Shown: one piece after another, positions 1-11,406 of the stretch
How positions within the stretch are numbered: position 1 is the first letter of the stretch
How the letters are laid out: the number at the start of each line of letters is the position of its first letter
Origin: a virus
Lineage: Duplodnaviria; Caudoviricetes
Virus record (IMG/VR): IMGVR_UViG_3300025676_000004
Coordinates: 32,001 to 96,000 of that record
DNA length: 64,000 bases
Reading direction: 5' to 3' (one strand)
The notes under the pieces: generated by a model
Told to the model about the DNA's origin: nothing
What the model saw: the letters and a program-made list of their open reading frames with translations, nothing else
Database searches by the model: none
Program-made: the position numbers and the translations under genes

Positions 1-1829
1 TTTCAGATTTAGACTTTGATACAATCAAAGCAAATTTAAAAGAATTCTTGAGTGAACAAGAACAATTCAAAGATATTAACTTTGAAGGTTCGGGTATCAA
101 TGTTCTTTTAGATTTGCTTGCATATAATACACACTATCAGGGATTCTATACCAATATGGTTGCGAATGAAATGTTCCTCGACAGTGCTGTTCGTAGAGAT
201 TCGATTGTTTCTCTTGCAAAACATCTTGGTTATACTCCGAATTCTATTACTGCTCCAACAGCAGTTGTGGATATTTACAATCCTACCGCATCACTTACCG
301 ATACCATTCCAATTGGAACTATCATTAAAGGTACGCAAGGAGAGAAAACATATAACTTCTCATTAACAGAAAGTGTTGGATATACTTTGGACAGTGCTGG
401 TCTAACCGCCGCAACAAATATATCAGTTCGTGAAGGTAAAATCGAAACACTTTCTTATGTGTTCACCGATAAAAATACAAATCTAAAATATGTTCTTCCT
501 AAAAATGCAGACACTTCTACATTAACTGTTAGAGTTCAAACATCTATCAGTGATAACACTGGATATACGGATACTTGGTCACTAGCAACAGATTTGAACA
601 GCATTGAAAAAACAGATAAAGCGTATCATATTCAAGAAATTGAAAATGGTGAGTTTGAAGTATATTTCGGTGATAATATCGTTGGTAAAAAACCAGACAA
701 CAACAATGTAATAATCTTACAATATTTAAATACAAGTGGTCCACTTTCAAATGGTATAGGAAGTGCAGACAAAGAAGGTGCTAGAGTATTCACATATTCT
801 GGTACAACGGTTAAAGTTGTTTCTGCATCTTCTGGTGGTGATGTTGCGGAAAGTAATAAATCAATCAAGTATTATGCTCCGAAATCATATCAAGCACAAG
901 ACCGTTCTGTAACTTCAAGAGATTATGAAGCATTATTATTAAAAGATTACCCCGACATTGAATCCGTTTATGTTTGGGGTGGTCAAGACAACGACCCACC
1001 AGAATATGGTAAAGTATTCATTTCACTTAAACCAAAAAGTGGTTTGACCATTGACGAAACAAATAAAGAATCAATCAAAAAAGATATTCTCAAAAAGAAA
1101 AATATCATTTCTGTAACACCTGAAATTGTTGATGCAGATTTCATTTATCTTTTAATGGAAAGTGTCATTACTTATGATTCTTCCAAAACAATTCTAGACA
1201 AAAAATCAATTGAAGGTTTGGTCAATACAACTATTATTGATTATGTTGATAATGATTTAGAAAAATTCGATAAGGATTTATATTTTTCAAAACTTACAGG
1301 ATTGATAGACGGAGTAAGTAATTCAATTGTCGGTAATGATACAAAAATTAAACTACAAAACAGATTCGCACCAACTGTGGGTGTAACAGCAAATTATACT
1401 GTGAACTTTAGCAATTCCTTATATCATCCACACGAAGGTCATATGCCAATATTAGAAAGTTCCTCTTTCAAATATAAAGATGACGATAATAATGAAATAG
1501 ATGCGTATCTGGATGATGATGGTAAAGGTAATATACGATTATACAAATATAATACCCTTTCAGAAAAAGTATTTGTATATTATGATAATACTTCTATTGG
1601 TACAATTGACTATGGTACGGGAATTCTTAAATTTTCCAATTTTAGACCATTATCATTTATTAATGATTCAAATATTAAACTAAATGTATCATTGCAACAT
1701 AAGGATATATTTGCAAATAGAAGTAACATTCTAACAATAGATAAAAATGATTCAAGTGCTATGATTTTATCTGTTAAAAATATAACAGACACAAGCAACA
1801 GACCTGGAACAAGTTCATACAACCAATGA
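1..1829 (+). CDS. gp6: baseplate wedge subunit gp6 (5' truncated by window)
   Basis: Frame open from nt 3 (SDLDFDTIKANLKEFLSEQ); FEGSGINVLLDLLAYNTHY and APKSYQAQDRSVTSRDYE motifs typical of T4 gp6. Confidence 0.93.
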   Translation, partial: SDLDFDTIKANLKEFLSEQEQFKDINFEGSGINVLLDLLAYNTHYQGFYTNMVANEMFLDSAVRRDSIVSLAKHLGYTPNSITAPTAVVDIYNPTASLTDTIPIGTIIKGTQGEKTYNFSLTESVGYTLDSAGLTAATNISVREGKIETLSYVFTDKNTNLKYVLPKNADTSTLTVRVQTSISDNTGYTDTWSLATDLNSIEKTDKAYHIQEIENGEFEVYFGDNIVGKKPDNNNVIILQYLNTSGPLSNGIGSADKEGARVFTYSGTTVKVVSASSGGDVAESNKSIKYYAPKSYQAQDRSVTSRDYEALLLKDYPDIESVYVWGGQDNDPPEYGKVFISLKPKSGLTIDETNKESIKKDILKKKNIISVTPEIVDADFIYLLMESVITYDSSKTILDKKSIEGLVNTTIIDYVDNDLEKFDKDLYFSKLTGLIDGVSNSIVGNDTKIKLQNRFAPTVGVTANYTVNFSNSLYHPHEGHMPILESSSFKYKDDDNNEIDAYLDDDGKGNIRLYKYNTLSEKVFVYYDNTSIGTIDYGTGILKFSNFRPLSFINDSNIKLNVSLQHKDIFANRSNILTIDKNDSSAMILSVKNITDTSNRPGTSSYNQ

Positions 1830-1840
1830 TGGAATAATAT

Positions 1841-3673
1841 ATGTCAATACTTGTACTATTAAAAACCGCAGGAGATTCTTCAACAGCATTATCCGATTTA
1901 ACAATCAAAAAGGATAGTGTTCTTGGTATTTCTTCGTTGGTTGCCGAACAAGTTCCAGATTTTGTTCGAGTGGACCATCCCAGAATGGTAACATTTATGG
2001 AAGCATATTATGAATGGATGGAACAAAAAAATGAAACACTTCATAGTACATTTGTTCTTAGGGATTTTGCAGATGTAGATGATACTATAAGTAATTTTAT
2101 AAAACACTTCAAGACACAATATCTTGACAGATTCCCGCAAAGTCTTGCTTATGACCAAAATACAAATTCCGCAGTCGATGAAAAAAGACTAATTAAGCGT
2201 ATTAAAGAATTCTATAGAGCAAAGGGTACAGAAAAGTCATATAAACTTCTCTTTAAAATTCTTCAAGATGCAACAATTACAGATTTCTATTATCCAAAAA
2301 CAGATATTGTAAAATCATCTAATGGTAAATGGATAGAGAATAAAAGTATTAAAGTTTCCTTAACAAATAAAGACGAAATTTGGAATGCAAAAAACACCAC
2401 AATTGTCCAAAAATCAGAAGCGGGTGAAGTTTTTGCAACTGGAACAGTTCGTGGTGTAAGAAGATATGAAACACAATCTTCTACAGTGGCAGAATTAGTA
2501 ATTGATGAAATTAATGGTAAGTTCCGAGTAAACAAAAATGTACATTTTGATGTTGGTGGAAATACTGCTGAGTTTACTGAAAGTACATATTCAGTAATTG
2601 AAAATATAAAAACCTACAATGATAAAGGTGATAATCCTGTAAGGGGAAGTGGATATAAAATAGGAGAGAAAGTGACACTCTCAAATGCAACAGGCGGAAC
2701 AGATGCATTTGGTTTAATTTCTGAAATTGATGGTAAAGGTGGAATCATATCTGTTGAAATTATAAACTCTGGTATATCTTATAAAGATACCGACCCGATA
2801 ACTTTTAATGTTGCATCTTTGGGTGGAACTGGCGCAGGACTTACTGCATCTATTGGTGCAATGACATCATATAGTGGATACTATTTCAACACACAAGGTC
2901 AACCAAGTTCCAATAAGAGAATGTTTGATAATTATTTTTACCAAGACTTCTCATATGAAATAAAAACAAACATTGCATTAAAATCATATAAGGATACTAT
3001 CTTAGATTTAGTTCATCCTTCTGGAACAAAATTGTTCAATATGATGTTGATGAAAAATACTCATCCTGTATCTACAAAATATAAAACGACAGCAAAACCC
3101 TTTGAGATTTCTATTCTTGGTCACTATACTCCCTATACTTGGAATACCGCAGAAAATCTACGGCATAATAGTCAGAGTGTGGACTTATACCCAGTTGGTT
3201 ATAATCCAACCATAGGAACTGTAAATGAATCTGGTGCTACTGCACATTCTGGAACTACAGCAAGTGGTAGGAGTGGTTCTTATTGGGGATTGGTTTATAA
3301 TGATTATGCGGGACGAACATCACAAAACGATAGCAACACGGGCGGAAATACATTTGCATATGATTTGGGGGTCGGTGGTACTTGGGATGCAGGGACAACA
3401 GGACCACTTTGGTATTTAAGTCAAGGTATATTCTTCACAGCAGGAACAGGTGGAGCATCAGCCTCATATGAATTTCTTGGAACTGCCGATGCAGGTGACT
3501 TTGATAATAACGGTTCATATTGGGTGATATATCCCCACCCAAATATAAGAGGCATAGATAATATACCATCTGGGTGTAGTTTTTCCGCAGTTAAGATGAA
3601 TCCATTCTTCTATATTGATAGAGGAGAAACTGGTGGAATCGAAACGGAATTTTCAACTAATACACCTACATAG
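1841..3673 (+). CDS. gp7: baseplate wedge subunit, gp7-like
   Basis: QVPDFVRVDHP, FYRAKGTEKSYKLLF, YFYQDFSYEI, LVHPSG motifs; lies between gp6 and gp8. Confidence 0.75.
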   Translation: MSILVLLKTAGDSSTALSDLTIKKDSVLGISSLVAEQVPDFVRVDHPRMVTFMEAYYEWMEQKNETLHSTFVLRDFADVDDTISNFIKHFKTQYLDRFPQSLAYDQNTNSAVDEKRLIKRIKEFYRAKGTEKSYKLLFKILQDATITDFYYPKTDIVKSSNGKWIENKSIKVSLTNKDEIWNAKNTTIVQKSEAGEVFATGTVRGVRRYETQSSTVAELVIDEINGKFRVNKNVHFDVGGNTAEFTESTYSVIENIKTYNDKGDNPVRGSGYKIGEKVTLSNATGGTDAFGLISEIDGKGGIISVEIINSGISYKDTDPITFNVASLGGTGAGLTASIGAMTSYSGYYFNTQGQPSSNKRMFDNYFYQDFSYEIKTNIALKSYKDTILDLVHPSGTKLFNMMLMKNTHPVSTKYKTTAKPFEISILGHYTPYTWNTAENLRHNSQSVDLYPVGYNPTIGTVNESGATAHSGTTASGRSGSYWGLVYNDYAGRTSQNDSNTGGNTFAYDLGVGGTWDAGTTGPLWYLSQGIFFTAGTGGASASYEFLGTADAGDFDNNGSYWVIYPHPNIRGIDNIPSGCSFSAVKMNPFFYIDRGETGGIETEFSTNTPT

Positions 3674-3692
3674 GTGATATGGAGAGGTTTTA

Positions 3693-5708
3693 ATGGTAGC
3701 AACTGGCGACAATTCAGTTTTCAAACACGGACTAAGGAGAAGCATTGTAGAATCCTTTGTTGAGGGTTTTGATTTTAAATCCAATGATAGGTATTTTCTG
3801 TTTGTAGGAAAAGTTGACGGATGGACAGGTGGTGATGTTATACCATCACTTACTGATAGTCGTTCCGAAGATGTTGATATTTGGCGAAATATTGTTGGTA
3901 TAAAACAAATAGACAGAAACAGTATTTTCTATATGATTCCAAAATATGAATGGACTAACGGCATTAAGTATACAATGTATGACGATACCGTGGATTTGAC
4001 TGATAAGAAATTTTATGTTTTAAATTCTGAATATAATGTATACAAGTGCATACATAACAACAATCAATTGTCTTCTGTCGAACCCTCTGGTATAAAAGTT
4101 GATGGTAATATAACAACATCAGATGGTTATGTGTGGAAATATATGTACACAATTCCAGAACCACATCGATATCACATTGATGATAATCTAATTCCAGTAA
4201 ATATCGTTTCTTCAAATGGTTCATCAACAGAAACTAATAATCAATGGAAAGTACAAAACAATTCTATAAATGGAGCAATAGAATATATTTATATTGACCA
4301 ATCCACAGTTGGTGTAAACTGGGATAGTGCTTTGGTGATTCCACACAACCCAACAGTAAACTTAACATCAGATAATTCGTTGTCTGGTGCAACAGGAATT
4401 TCATTAAATTCTACACATCTTCAATCAGATGATGATTATAATGGATTGGTTATAACTGTAACAAGTGGAAATGGTTCTGGTCAAAGAAGAATAATTACCG
4501 ATTATGTTGGTGGTTCTGACAATATGGTAAAATTTGACACACCCCTAACAAAAGAAGTACCTATAAATAGTAATTATGAAATTGCCCCAAGGATAACAAT
4601 TTATGGTGACGGTGTTTCAGCAGATGCATATATTGATTTGTATGATTATGATGCTGATTATGCTACACGAAAACAAATTGAAAGAATTGCGATTGCAAAT
4701 AAAGGTAAAAATTATACCTACGCAACTGTAGAATTTACTCCAATTACCGTTTCTGCAAGCATGGATAACGGTGTAACCGCAGATGCTCGACCAATTATAT
4801 CACCTCAAGGTGGTCATGGTTCAAATGCTGTTAGAGAATTAGATTGCACTTCGCTGTTAGTGACTGTTAATATTGACCAGAATGAAAACAACGACTTCCT
4901 TCCAGAAAATGAAATTCGACAATATGGAATTTTAAAGAATCCAATTTTAAATGATACAGATTCTCAGTATCTGGACATAAACGGAAATCCACATAGAGTT
5001 GCAGGGTTAGAAGCATCATTAAAAACGACATTAGAAATTTCCCCAATAAACTCAGAAGCATTTTTACCAGAAACATTATTTACAATTGGAAAGTATATCA
5101 TTGGTAAAGAATCAAAAGCAAATGCCAAGATTGAAAATTGGAGTCCTTCATTAAATAATAATCGTGGCATTCTTACTATAAGTAAATTGAATGGAAATTT
5201 CATTACACCAGTTGATTCATCTGCAACAGGTGAAGGAATTGTTGAATTTGAGCAATCAGGAGATAGTTGGGATTTCAGTACAGTCCAAGTGGCCTCCGTG
5301 TCGGGATTTGATAACATTTATGCCAATACTGTTCCCACATATAATTGTACTTGGACTCTTGGTATTTCGGGGGATTCCCTCACTACTAGTTCATTTCCAA
5401 TTGATATCGGAGTTACTGGGGGGAGTGCTACCACAGGACCGCAAGAACCAACTGGATTGTGTTTGAATTGGGTGGTAGATGACACTGGAACAGGCGGAAC
5501 ATTGACACTAACCGAAGCAATTGGTATATTTAATACTGGTGATTCTATTGGAAGTTCTTCGTATTCTTCCACAACTTCTGTTATAAATAATATAACACAA
5601 CCAGAAATCAAACAAAATACTGGCGAAATAATATATGCTCAGAATATGAAACCAGTTGAAAGAGAACAAGAACAACGAGAACAATATCAGATTATTCTGA
5701 AATTCTAG
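3693..5708 (+). CDS. gp8: baseplate wedge subunit gp8
   Basis: FYVLNSEYNVYKCI, DGYVWKYMY, ISPQGGHGSNAVREL motifs. Confidence 0.88.
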   Translation: MVATGDNSVFKHGLRRSIVESFVEGFDFKSNDRYFLFVGKVDGWTGGDVIPSLTDSRSEDVDIWRNIVGIKQIDRNSIFYMIPKYEWTNGIKYTMYDDTVDLTDKKFYVLNSEYNVYKCIHNNNQLSSVEPSGIKVDGNITTSDGYVWKYMYTIPEPHRYHIDDNLIPVNIVSSNGSSTETNNQWKVQNNSINGAIEYIYIDQSTVGVNWDSALVIPHNPTVNLTSDNSLSGATGISLNSTHLQSDDDYNGLVITVTSGNGSGQRRIITDYVGGSDNMVKFDTPLTKEVPINSNYEIAPRITIYGDGVSADAYIDLYDYDADYATRKQIERIAIANKGKNYTYATVEFTPITVSASMDNGVTADARPIISPQGGHGSNAVRELDCTSLLVTVNIDQNENNDFLPENEIRQYGILKNPILNDTDSQYLDINGNPHRVAGLEASLKTTLEISPINSEAFLPETLFTIGKYIIGKESKANAKIENWSPSLNNNRGILTISKLNGNFITPVDSSATGEGIVEFEQSGDSWDFSTVQVASVSGFDNIYANTVPTYNCTWTLGISGDSLTTSSFPIDIGVTGGSATTGPQEPTGLCLNWVVDDTGTGGTLTLTEAIGIFNTGDSIGSSSYSSTTSVINNITQPEIKQNTGEIIYAQNMKPVEREQEQREQYQIILKF

Positions 5709-5725
5709 CCTAGAAGGTTTAACGA

Positions 5726-8700
5726 ATGACACTAGAGAAATCAAGATTTAATATCGACCCATACTATGATGACTTTGATGAAACTAAAAAGTTTCTTCAA
5801 ATTTTATTTAAGCCAGGTTATTCTATTCAAGCAAGAGAATTAACGCAACTTCAAAGTATACTTAGTAATCAAATGGGCAGATTTGCAGACCATATGTTTG
5901 AAGAAGGTGATGTCATTCAAGGTGGTGGTATAACTGAACGAAAATTAAAGTTTGTTAGGTTGGAATCAGGAACAACTACAGACATTGACGAGTTGGTTGG
6001 ATATAATTTAAAATATACACATACCGTTTCTGATACATCAGAAGGTTTAGAGGATGATGTTCTTACTGGAACAGAAACAGAAATTATCGGTAAAGTAATA
6101 TTCGCATTAGATTCAACTTCTGGTGACCCCTATAAGATTTTGTTCATCGATATTCTTCAAGGTTCGCAAGATGAAAATTCTGAATTTTCTGCCGGTCAAG
6201 AAAATATAACAACAACAAATCCAAACATAAATCCAACACTTAAAATTAAAGATGCAAATTCGGTGGGTGACTCAACAGGTTCTTCTACGGGCGAAGCAAT
6301 AGTAATTTCCATAGAACAAGGATTGTTTTATGTAAATGGTTATTTTGTAATGAGTACCGCACAGTCCATTGCCGCATTTGAAACTGAATCACTTGTACGC
6401 AAATTTACACCTGAAAACAGAACATTGTCAATTGGATTTAGTGTTAATAGGGAAATTGAAACATCAACTACTGATGTTACTTTGCGTGACCCCTCACAAG
6501 GTTCATATAATTATAATGCGCCTGGTTCTGACAGATATAAAATTGATTTAGTAATATCTCAAATTCCATATATCTTTGACGAGCAAGGATATAGAACAGA
6601 TTTTGATACTGACAACTATTTTGAATTTGCACGAATTATCAAAGGTCAGACATTCAAAACTTTAAAATATCCAGAATATGCACAACTAGAAGAAACTTTA
6701 GCAAGAAGAACTTATGATGAATCTGGTCACTATACAGTTAGACCATTTGGTATTGAAACAATAGATTATAATGAAGTTTGGGACCCTGCGGTAACAGGAA
6801 GAACCGACCATTATAATTATCTTGCAGTAGGATTACAAACAGGTAAAGCATATGTTCGTGGTTATGAGTTTGAATTACAAAATACCGAACATCTTGTTGC
6901 AAAGAAAGCAAGAACAACAATAAAACAAAACGATAGAACCATCGACATTGACTTTGGTAATTATGTTTTGGTTGAGCATAATATAGATGGTACTACTCCA
7001 TTGTTTCAATTAGATGGAGCAATGAACGAAAATAATATGAACCTTGTTGGTGGTGATGCTATCCCAGAATATAAAAAAGTAAATTTATCTATAGTGGGTA
7101 GTATTGGTGAGATGACACCAATTGGTTGTGCTAGAATATTCCAGATTGCACCTCACGCATATGACCAAGGTACTTTGGGTGTTGGTACAACATATAGAGT
7201 ATATCTTAATGATATTGTTTTTGGTTCAGATGCAGGCCTGCCCGCATCGGCAGATTTAATGACAATGCACGATGTTGCTTATATTTCTGACCCAATTTCA
7301 GGTAAGAAACTTTTCAAACTTTACATTAAATCTGGAAATGAAAAGAACGATGGATTGTATAGCAAAGGACAAACATCCCTTCTATTCAGAGTACCTGTTG
7401 GTAATACCGTAAAAGAAGTAACTGGTCTTGATTATTATGCACAACGAGATTTCATGTTTGACTTGACAGAGAGTGGTGGGACATGGTCTGGAACTATTTC
7501 AGCGCCAGCAGGAACTAATTGGCAAGGAAGCGGTGACATTAATGACATAACTAACATTGATGAATATATGGTTGCAGTCGATGGTTATATTTTCAATATG
7601 AATCCCGCATCCACTGGTGATTATGGTGGAAACAATTTAGTAGCAGATTCATCTTCAACTTCATTAACTGTAAATCTAATATCAACTGCAACAAACACTT
7701 GGTCGGGTACAAAGAAAGGTTATCTGTTAGCAAATATTCGCATCAATGCAGATGACGAAATTGTTGGTGGGGAATCTTCAACAATTAGAAAGAAAATATT
7801 AAAACGGCACACCGTAAATATTGCAAACAATAATAATGCAGATGGAACTTCCACAATGTGGAACAGTACCCTTGCAAATGGTTGGGGAATCAATCTTGGA
7901 TACTCTGATATCTTTATGCTTGAAAAGGTAGAAGAAATCGGAACAGGTAATAATATTACAAATGATTTTTCACTGAATAATGGACAAACAAGGCATTTAT
8001 ATGACCACGGTTCTATTGTATTAGACAGCGGCAGTGTCGGTGGTACAGGTGGTGTTGAAAATTCTTGGGCACAACCTGGCGCAGGATTCAAAGTAACATT
8101 CTTATATTTTGACCATCAAACATTCGATGGTGGTTTGGATTCCACCGACTATACAACTTTGAAATATCCTTGTGTTGTAAATTCATACATTCACAATGAA
8201 CACGAAGTCACAGAATTTGATAATGGTGGGGTTACTGCCGAATTTGGTAAAGTTGGTGGAGATATTCCTGCTGAACTCTCCGCATATAATTATATTCCTA
8301 TGTTCTCCGATGACAAAGTTGGTCAAACATTAGAACTAAATGATGCAATTGACTTTCGACCAATTAAGGTTGGGGGATGGGACACAAGCCACGCAGAATC
8401 TGGTAAAATTCGTGGTGTTTGGACACCTCAAGACGGTAAACTATTTTTCTGTGATTATGAAAGTTACTTACCAAGAATTGATAAGTTAGTTCTCACCAAA
8501 GACAGAGAATTTAAAATTCTTGAAGGTGTTCCTTCTCTAACACCATTTCCACCAGAACATAATCCAAATGATATGATGGTTCTATATGAATTAAATTGGA
8601 ATCCATACACATTTAATGCAGATGATGTTTCTGTTGAATATCAAGACAATCAAAGATATACAATGGAAATGATTGGTGAACTTGATAATAGAATTAAAGA

Positions 8701-11209
8701 ATTAGAACGAACCACAACATTATCTGCAAATGAATTAGAAACCAAAATAGAAGCCAAATCACACGGTGATAAATTCATTAATGTTATGGCATCTGAAGGG
8801 TTTACTACTTTGCTTTCATCTTCAGTTGAAAGTGCAGAACATAATGTTTCATTCGATAGGGAAAAAGGATTGATGCACCCCGCACAATCATTTACCAATA
8901 TCAATTTAAATGTACATAAGTCTAAATCACTACCAGATGGTATTACTTCATCTGGTGATAATATTTACACATTAACACCAACATCAACAACTGTATCAAC
9001 AGTAAACAACCTTACAGGTAATATTGTACTATATCCGAATCCCTTCTCAAAAACTAATTGGGTTGGTAATCTTAAACTATCCCCATCATCGGACGATTGG
9101 TTCGATGTTACAAAATCACCAAAAATTATAAGTAACGAAGATTCGTCTAATGACACATACTTACTAGCAGTAAAAAGAAAAACAAAAGGTATGAATAGAT
9201 GGGCGTGGGGCATTCCTTGGATTGCTGGATGGTTACATCATCAACCAAGACACAAATCATATGATGATTTTGGCGGATTTAAAAAGTGGAATAGTATGAA
9301 GAATATAAATAATTCCACAATAACAGGAACTAAAATATACAAGAAACACTTTAACAACTACAAAAAGGCTTGTACAAATTCGGGTGGTGGTATAAATTGT
9401 GCTGTATGGATGACAGCAAATCACAGCAAACTAAAAGATAGAGGATATTTCTCAGGTAGTAAGCAAGGAAATAAAGTAGTTGATAATAGTATTAAGAATA
9501 AAGTACGAGCAAAAGAAGTTACTCTTACTTCAGTAAACATGAAACCCAATACTAGATACTGGGTATTTATTGATGGAAAGAAAATTACAGAAACAGTTTC
9601 CAAATACGGTTACATTAAATCAAGTGATAATAGTATGAGAACTAATTCAAATGGTTCTGCTTCTTGTGTTGTGCAAATTCCAGAAAACAATCCATACTAC
9701 TCAGGTAGCATTTTGTTTAGAATGACAGATTCAAAAACAAATGTTGCATCACTTGCAACAACTACATCCGAATCATTCTTTGTTGTAAGGGGTAATGTAA
9801 AATCATCAGAAGGTATAATTAACTGTACTAGAGAAATCACAGCAAAGCGTGATAGTGCAAATAACGAACGAATTACTCAGGATTCCCTAAGCAACGCAAA
9901 AGGACAAGTATTAAGTGATGTTGCAGATTACTTCGATTCAATGGCACAAATTATTGAAATTGATAGTACACAATATCCAAAGGGCGTATTTGCTACTAGT
10001 GTAGATTTATTCTTCCGAGATTTAGATAGTGGGAATTTGCCCTTTAGTGTAGAACTCCGTCCATTGATAAATGATGCACCACATCCGACAACACCAATTC
10101 CATTGTCGGATGTTACAAAAACATCAGGATTCACATCCAATAAAAATGGTCCAGATACAAGTTCACCAACAAGATTTGAATTTTCTTCTCCTGTATTTTT
10201 AGAAAGTGGAAGATATGCGTTAATGATAAAAACAAATAGTACCAAATATACCTTATGGGGAACAGAATTTGGTAAAAAGGGTTTGACTGCGGATGGTTCT
10301 GCTACAAGTAGTGATGTTGAAAAACAACCATATGTTGGGAGTTTATATCTACCACAAAATAACGGTTCACGATATAAAAATACAAATCAAAATGCAATGT
10401 TTAGATTAAATAGAGCAACATATACAATAAACTCAGAAAATACAATGCACCTTCAAGGAGCAACTGCCGATACAATTAATGCTGACAACGAAGTAGTTTC
10501 AACACCAGATTATCATACAGTAACTCTATCAACAGAGTATATTTCTGACCCAGTTACAAGTTTAAAATATTATATGAAGGACGGAACAAATTCCGTTCAA
10601 GTATTGTCTAATGATATTACTGAACTTTCAAAAAGAAAAACCTTTGATTTAGGAAATCAAACAGCAACAGACGAATCTATTAGTGAAGTTATTATGAGTA
10701 CATCTGATGCAAATATAACTCCTGTAGTTGATATGGATAGATTGAGTATGGTAGTAGCAAAGAATGAAATGTCTTCAGACTTATCAAAGGAATTGCTACC
10801 AGATGCTCCAACATCTTCCACTCCAGTTGCACGATATATTGGTAAAATTATCAATACTGGTAACGAAGCAAATTATGTTAGAGTATCGTTTGAAGCATCT
10901 AAACTATATGGAACAGATATCAAATTATATGCAAAAACTGCAAATGATGATACAGACATTACGACAAATCCATACGAAGAACTTTCGGGTGAATTAAGTA
11001 ATGATTCAATTCCAGCATCATCAAGTAAAGATGAATTTTATTCATATAGATTCTATCTCAAAAAACCAGAAGGATTTGCTAATTTCTTAGTTAAATTGGT
11101 TCTTACTGGCGACCCATCCAAATCAGATGTTCCAAGAGTAAAAAATCTCAAAACATATGCATTATATGACCCAGATATTGATACTACTACTTCACAAGGA
11201 ATCATCTGA
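5726..11209 (+). CDS. large virion structural protein, VrlC/DUF4815-like
   Basis: PYYDDFDETKKFLQILFKPGYSIQARELTQLQS, NAPGSDRYKI, LARRTYDESG, GKAYVRGYE motifs; 1827 aa; follows gp8 as in marine T4-like phages. Confidence 0.85.
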   Translation: MTLEKSRFNIDPYYDDFDETKKFLQILFKPGYSIQARELTQLQSILSNQMGRFADHMFEEGDVIQGGGITERKLKFVRLESGTTTDIDELVGYNLKYTHTVSDTSEGLEDDVLTGTETEIIGKVIFALDSTSGDPYKILFIDILQGSQDENSEFSAGQENITTTNPNINPTLKIKDANSVGDSTGSSTGEAIVISIEQGLFYVNGYFVMSTAQSIAAFETESLVRKFTPENRTLSIGFSVNREIETSTTDVTLRDPSQGSYNYNAPGSDRYKIDLVISQIPYIFDEQGYRTDFDTDNYFEFARIIKGQTFKTLKYPEYAQLEETLARRTYDESGHYTVRPFGIETIDYNEVWDPAVTGRTDHYNYLAVGLQTGKAYVRGYEFELQNTEHLVAKKARTTIKQNDRTIDIDFGNYVLVEHNIDGTTPLFQLDGAMNENNMNLVGGDAIPEYKKVNLSIVGSIGEMTPIGCARIFQIAPHAYDQGTLGVGTTYRVYLNDIVFGSDAGLPASADLMTMHDVAYISDPISGKKLFKLYIKSGNEKNDGLYSKGQTSLLFRVPVGNTVKEVTGLDYYAQRDFMFDLTESGGTWSGTISAPAGTNWQGSGDINDITNIDEYMVAVDGYIFNMNPASTGDYGGNNLVADSSSTSLTVNLISTATNTWSGTKKGYLLANIRINADDEIVGGESSTIRKKILKRHTVNIANNNNADGTSTMWNSTLANGWGINLGYSDIFMLEKVEEIGTGNNITNDFSLNNGQTRHLYDHGSIVLDSGSVGGTGGVENSWAQPGAGFKVTFLYFDHQTFDGGLDSTDYTTLKYPCVVNSYIHNEHEVTEFDNGGVTAEFGKVGGDIPAELSAYNYIPMFSDDKVGQTLELNDAIDFRPIKVGGWDTSHAESGKIRGVWTPQDGKLFFCDYESYLPRIDKLVLTKDREFKILEGVPSLTPFPPEHNPNDMMVLYELNWNPYTFNADDVSVEYQDNQRYTMEMIGELDNRIKELERTTTLSANELETKIEAKSHGDKFINVMASEGFTTLLSSSVESAEHNVSFDREKGLMHPAQSFTNINLNVHKSKSLPDGITSSGDNIYTLTPTSTTVSTVNNLTGNIVLYPNPFSKTNWVGNLKLSPSSDDWFDVTKSPKIISNEDSSNDTYLLAVKRKTKGMNRWAWGIPWIAGWLHHQPRHKSYDDFGGFKKWNSMKNINNSTITGTKIYKKHFNNYKKACTNSGGGINCAVWMTANHSKLKDRGYFSGSKQGNKVVDNSIKNKVRAKEVTLTSVNMKPNTRYWVFIDGKKITETVSKYGYIKSSDNSMRTNSNGSASCVVQIPENNPYYSGSILFRMTDSKTNVASLATTTSESFFVVRGNVKSSEGIINCTREITAKRDSANNERITQDSLSNAKGQVLSDVADYFDSMAQIIEIDSTQYPKGVFATSVDLFFRDLDSGNLPFSVELRPLINDAPHPTTPIPLSDVTKTSGFTSNKNGPDTSSPTRFEFSSPVFLESGRYALMIKTNSTKYTLWGTEFGKKGLTADGSATSSDVEKQPYVGSLYLPQNNGSRYKNTNQNAMFRLNRATYTINSENTMHLQGATADTINADNEVVSTPDYHTVTLSTEYISDPVTSLKYYMKDGTNSVQVLSNDITELSKRKTFDLGNQTATDESISEVIMSTSDANITPVVDMDRLSMVVAKNEMSSDLSKELLPDAPTSSTPVARYIGKIINTGNEANYVRVSFEASKLYGTDIKLYAKTANDDTDITTNPYEELSGELSNDSIPASSSKDEFYSYRFYLKKPEGFANFLVKLVLTGDPSKSDVPRVKNLKTYALYDPDIDTTTSQGII

Positions 11210-11403
11210 TGAATAGAATAAAAGTTGAAGGTGAACCATATTTGGTAAGAGACGAATCGTCTAATGCTATCATAAATACAAATAAAAGTGAATATGATAG
11301 GTTTGTTGAGAAGTCTAGGCAGAAAAATAAGATAAATAAACTTGAGGGAGAACTCACCGAGATTAAATCTCTACTCAAGGAATTATTGGAAAAGGGTAAC
11401 TAA
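11209..11403 (+). CDS. small conserved hypothetical protein (coiled-coil C-terminus)
   Basis: KVEGEPYLVRDESSNAIINT; translationally coupled to the VrlC-like gene. Confidence 0.7.
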   Translation: MNRIKVEGEPYLVRDESSNAIINTNKSEYDRFVEKSRQKNKINKLEGELTEIKSLLKELLEKGN

Positions 11404-11406
11404 TAA

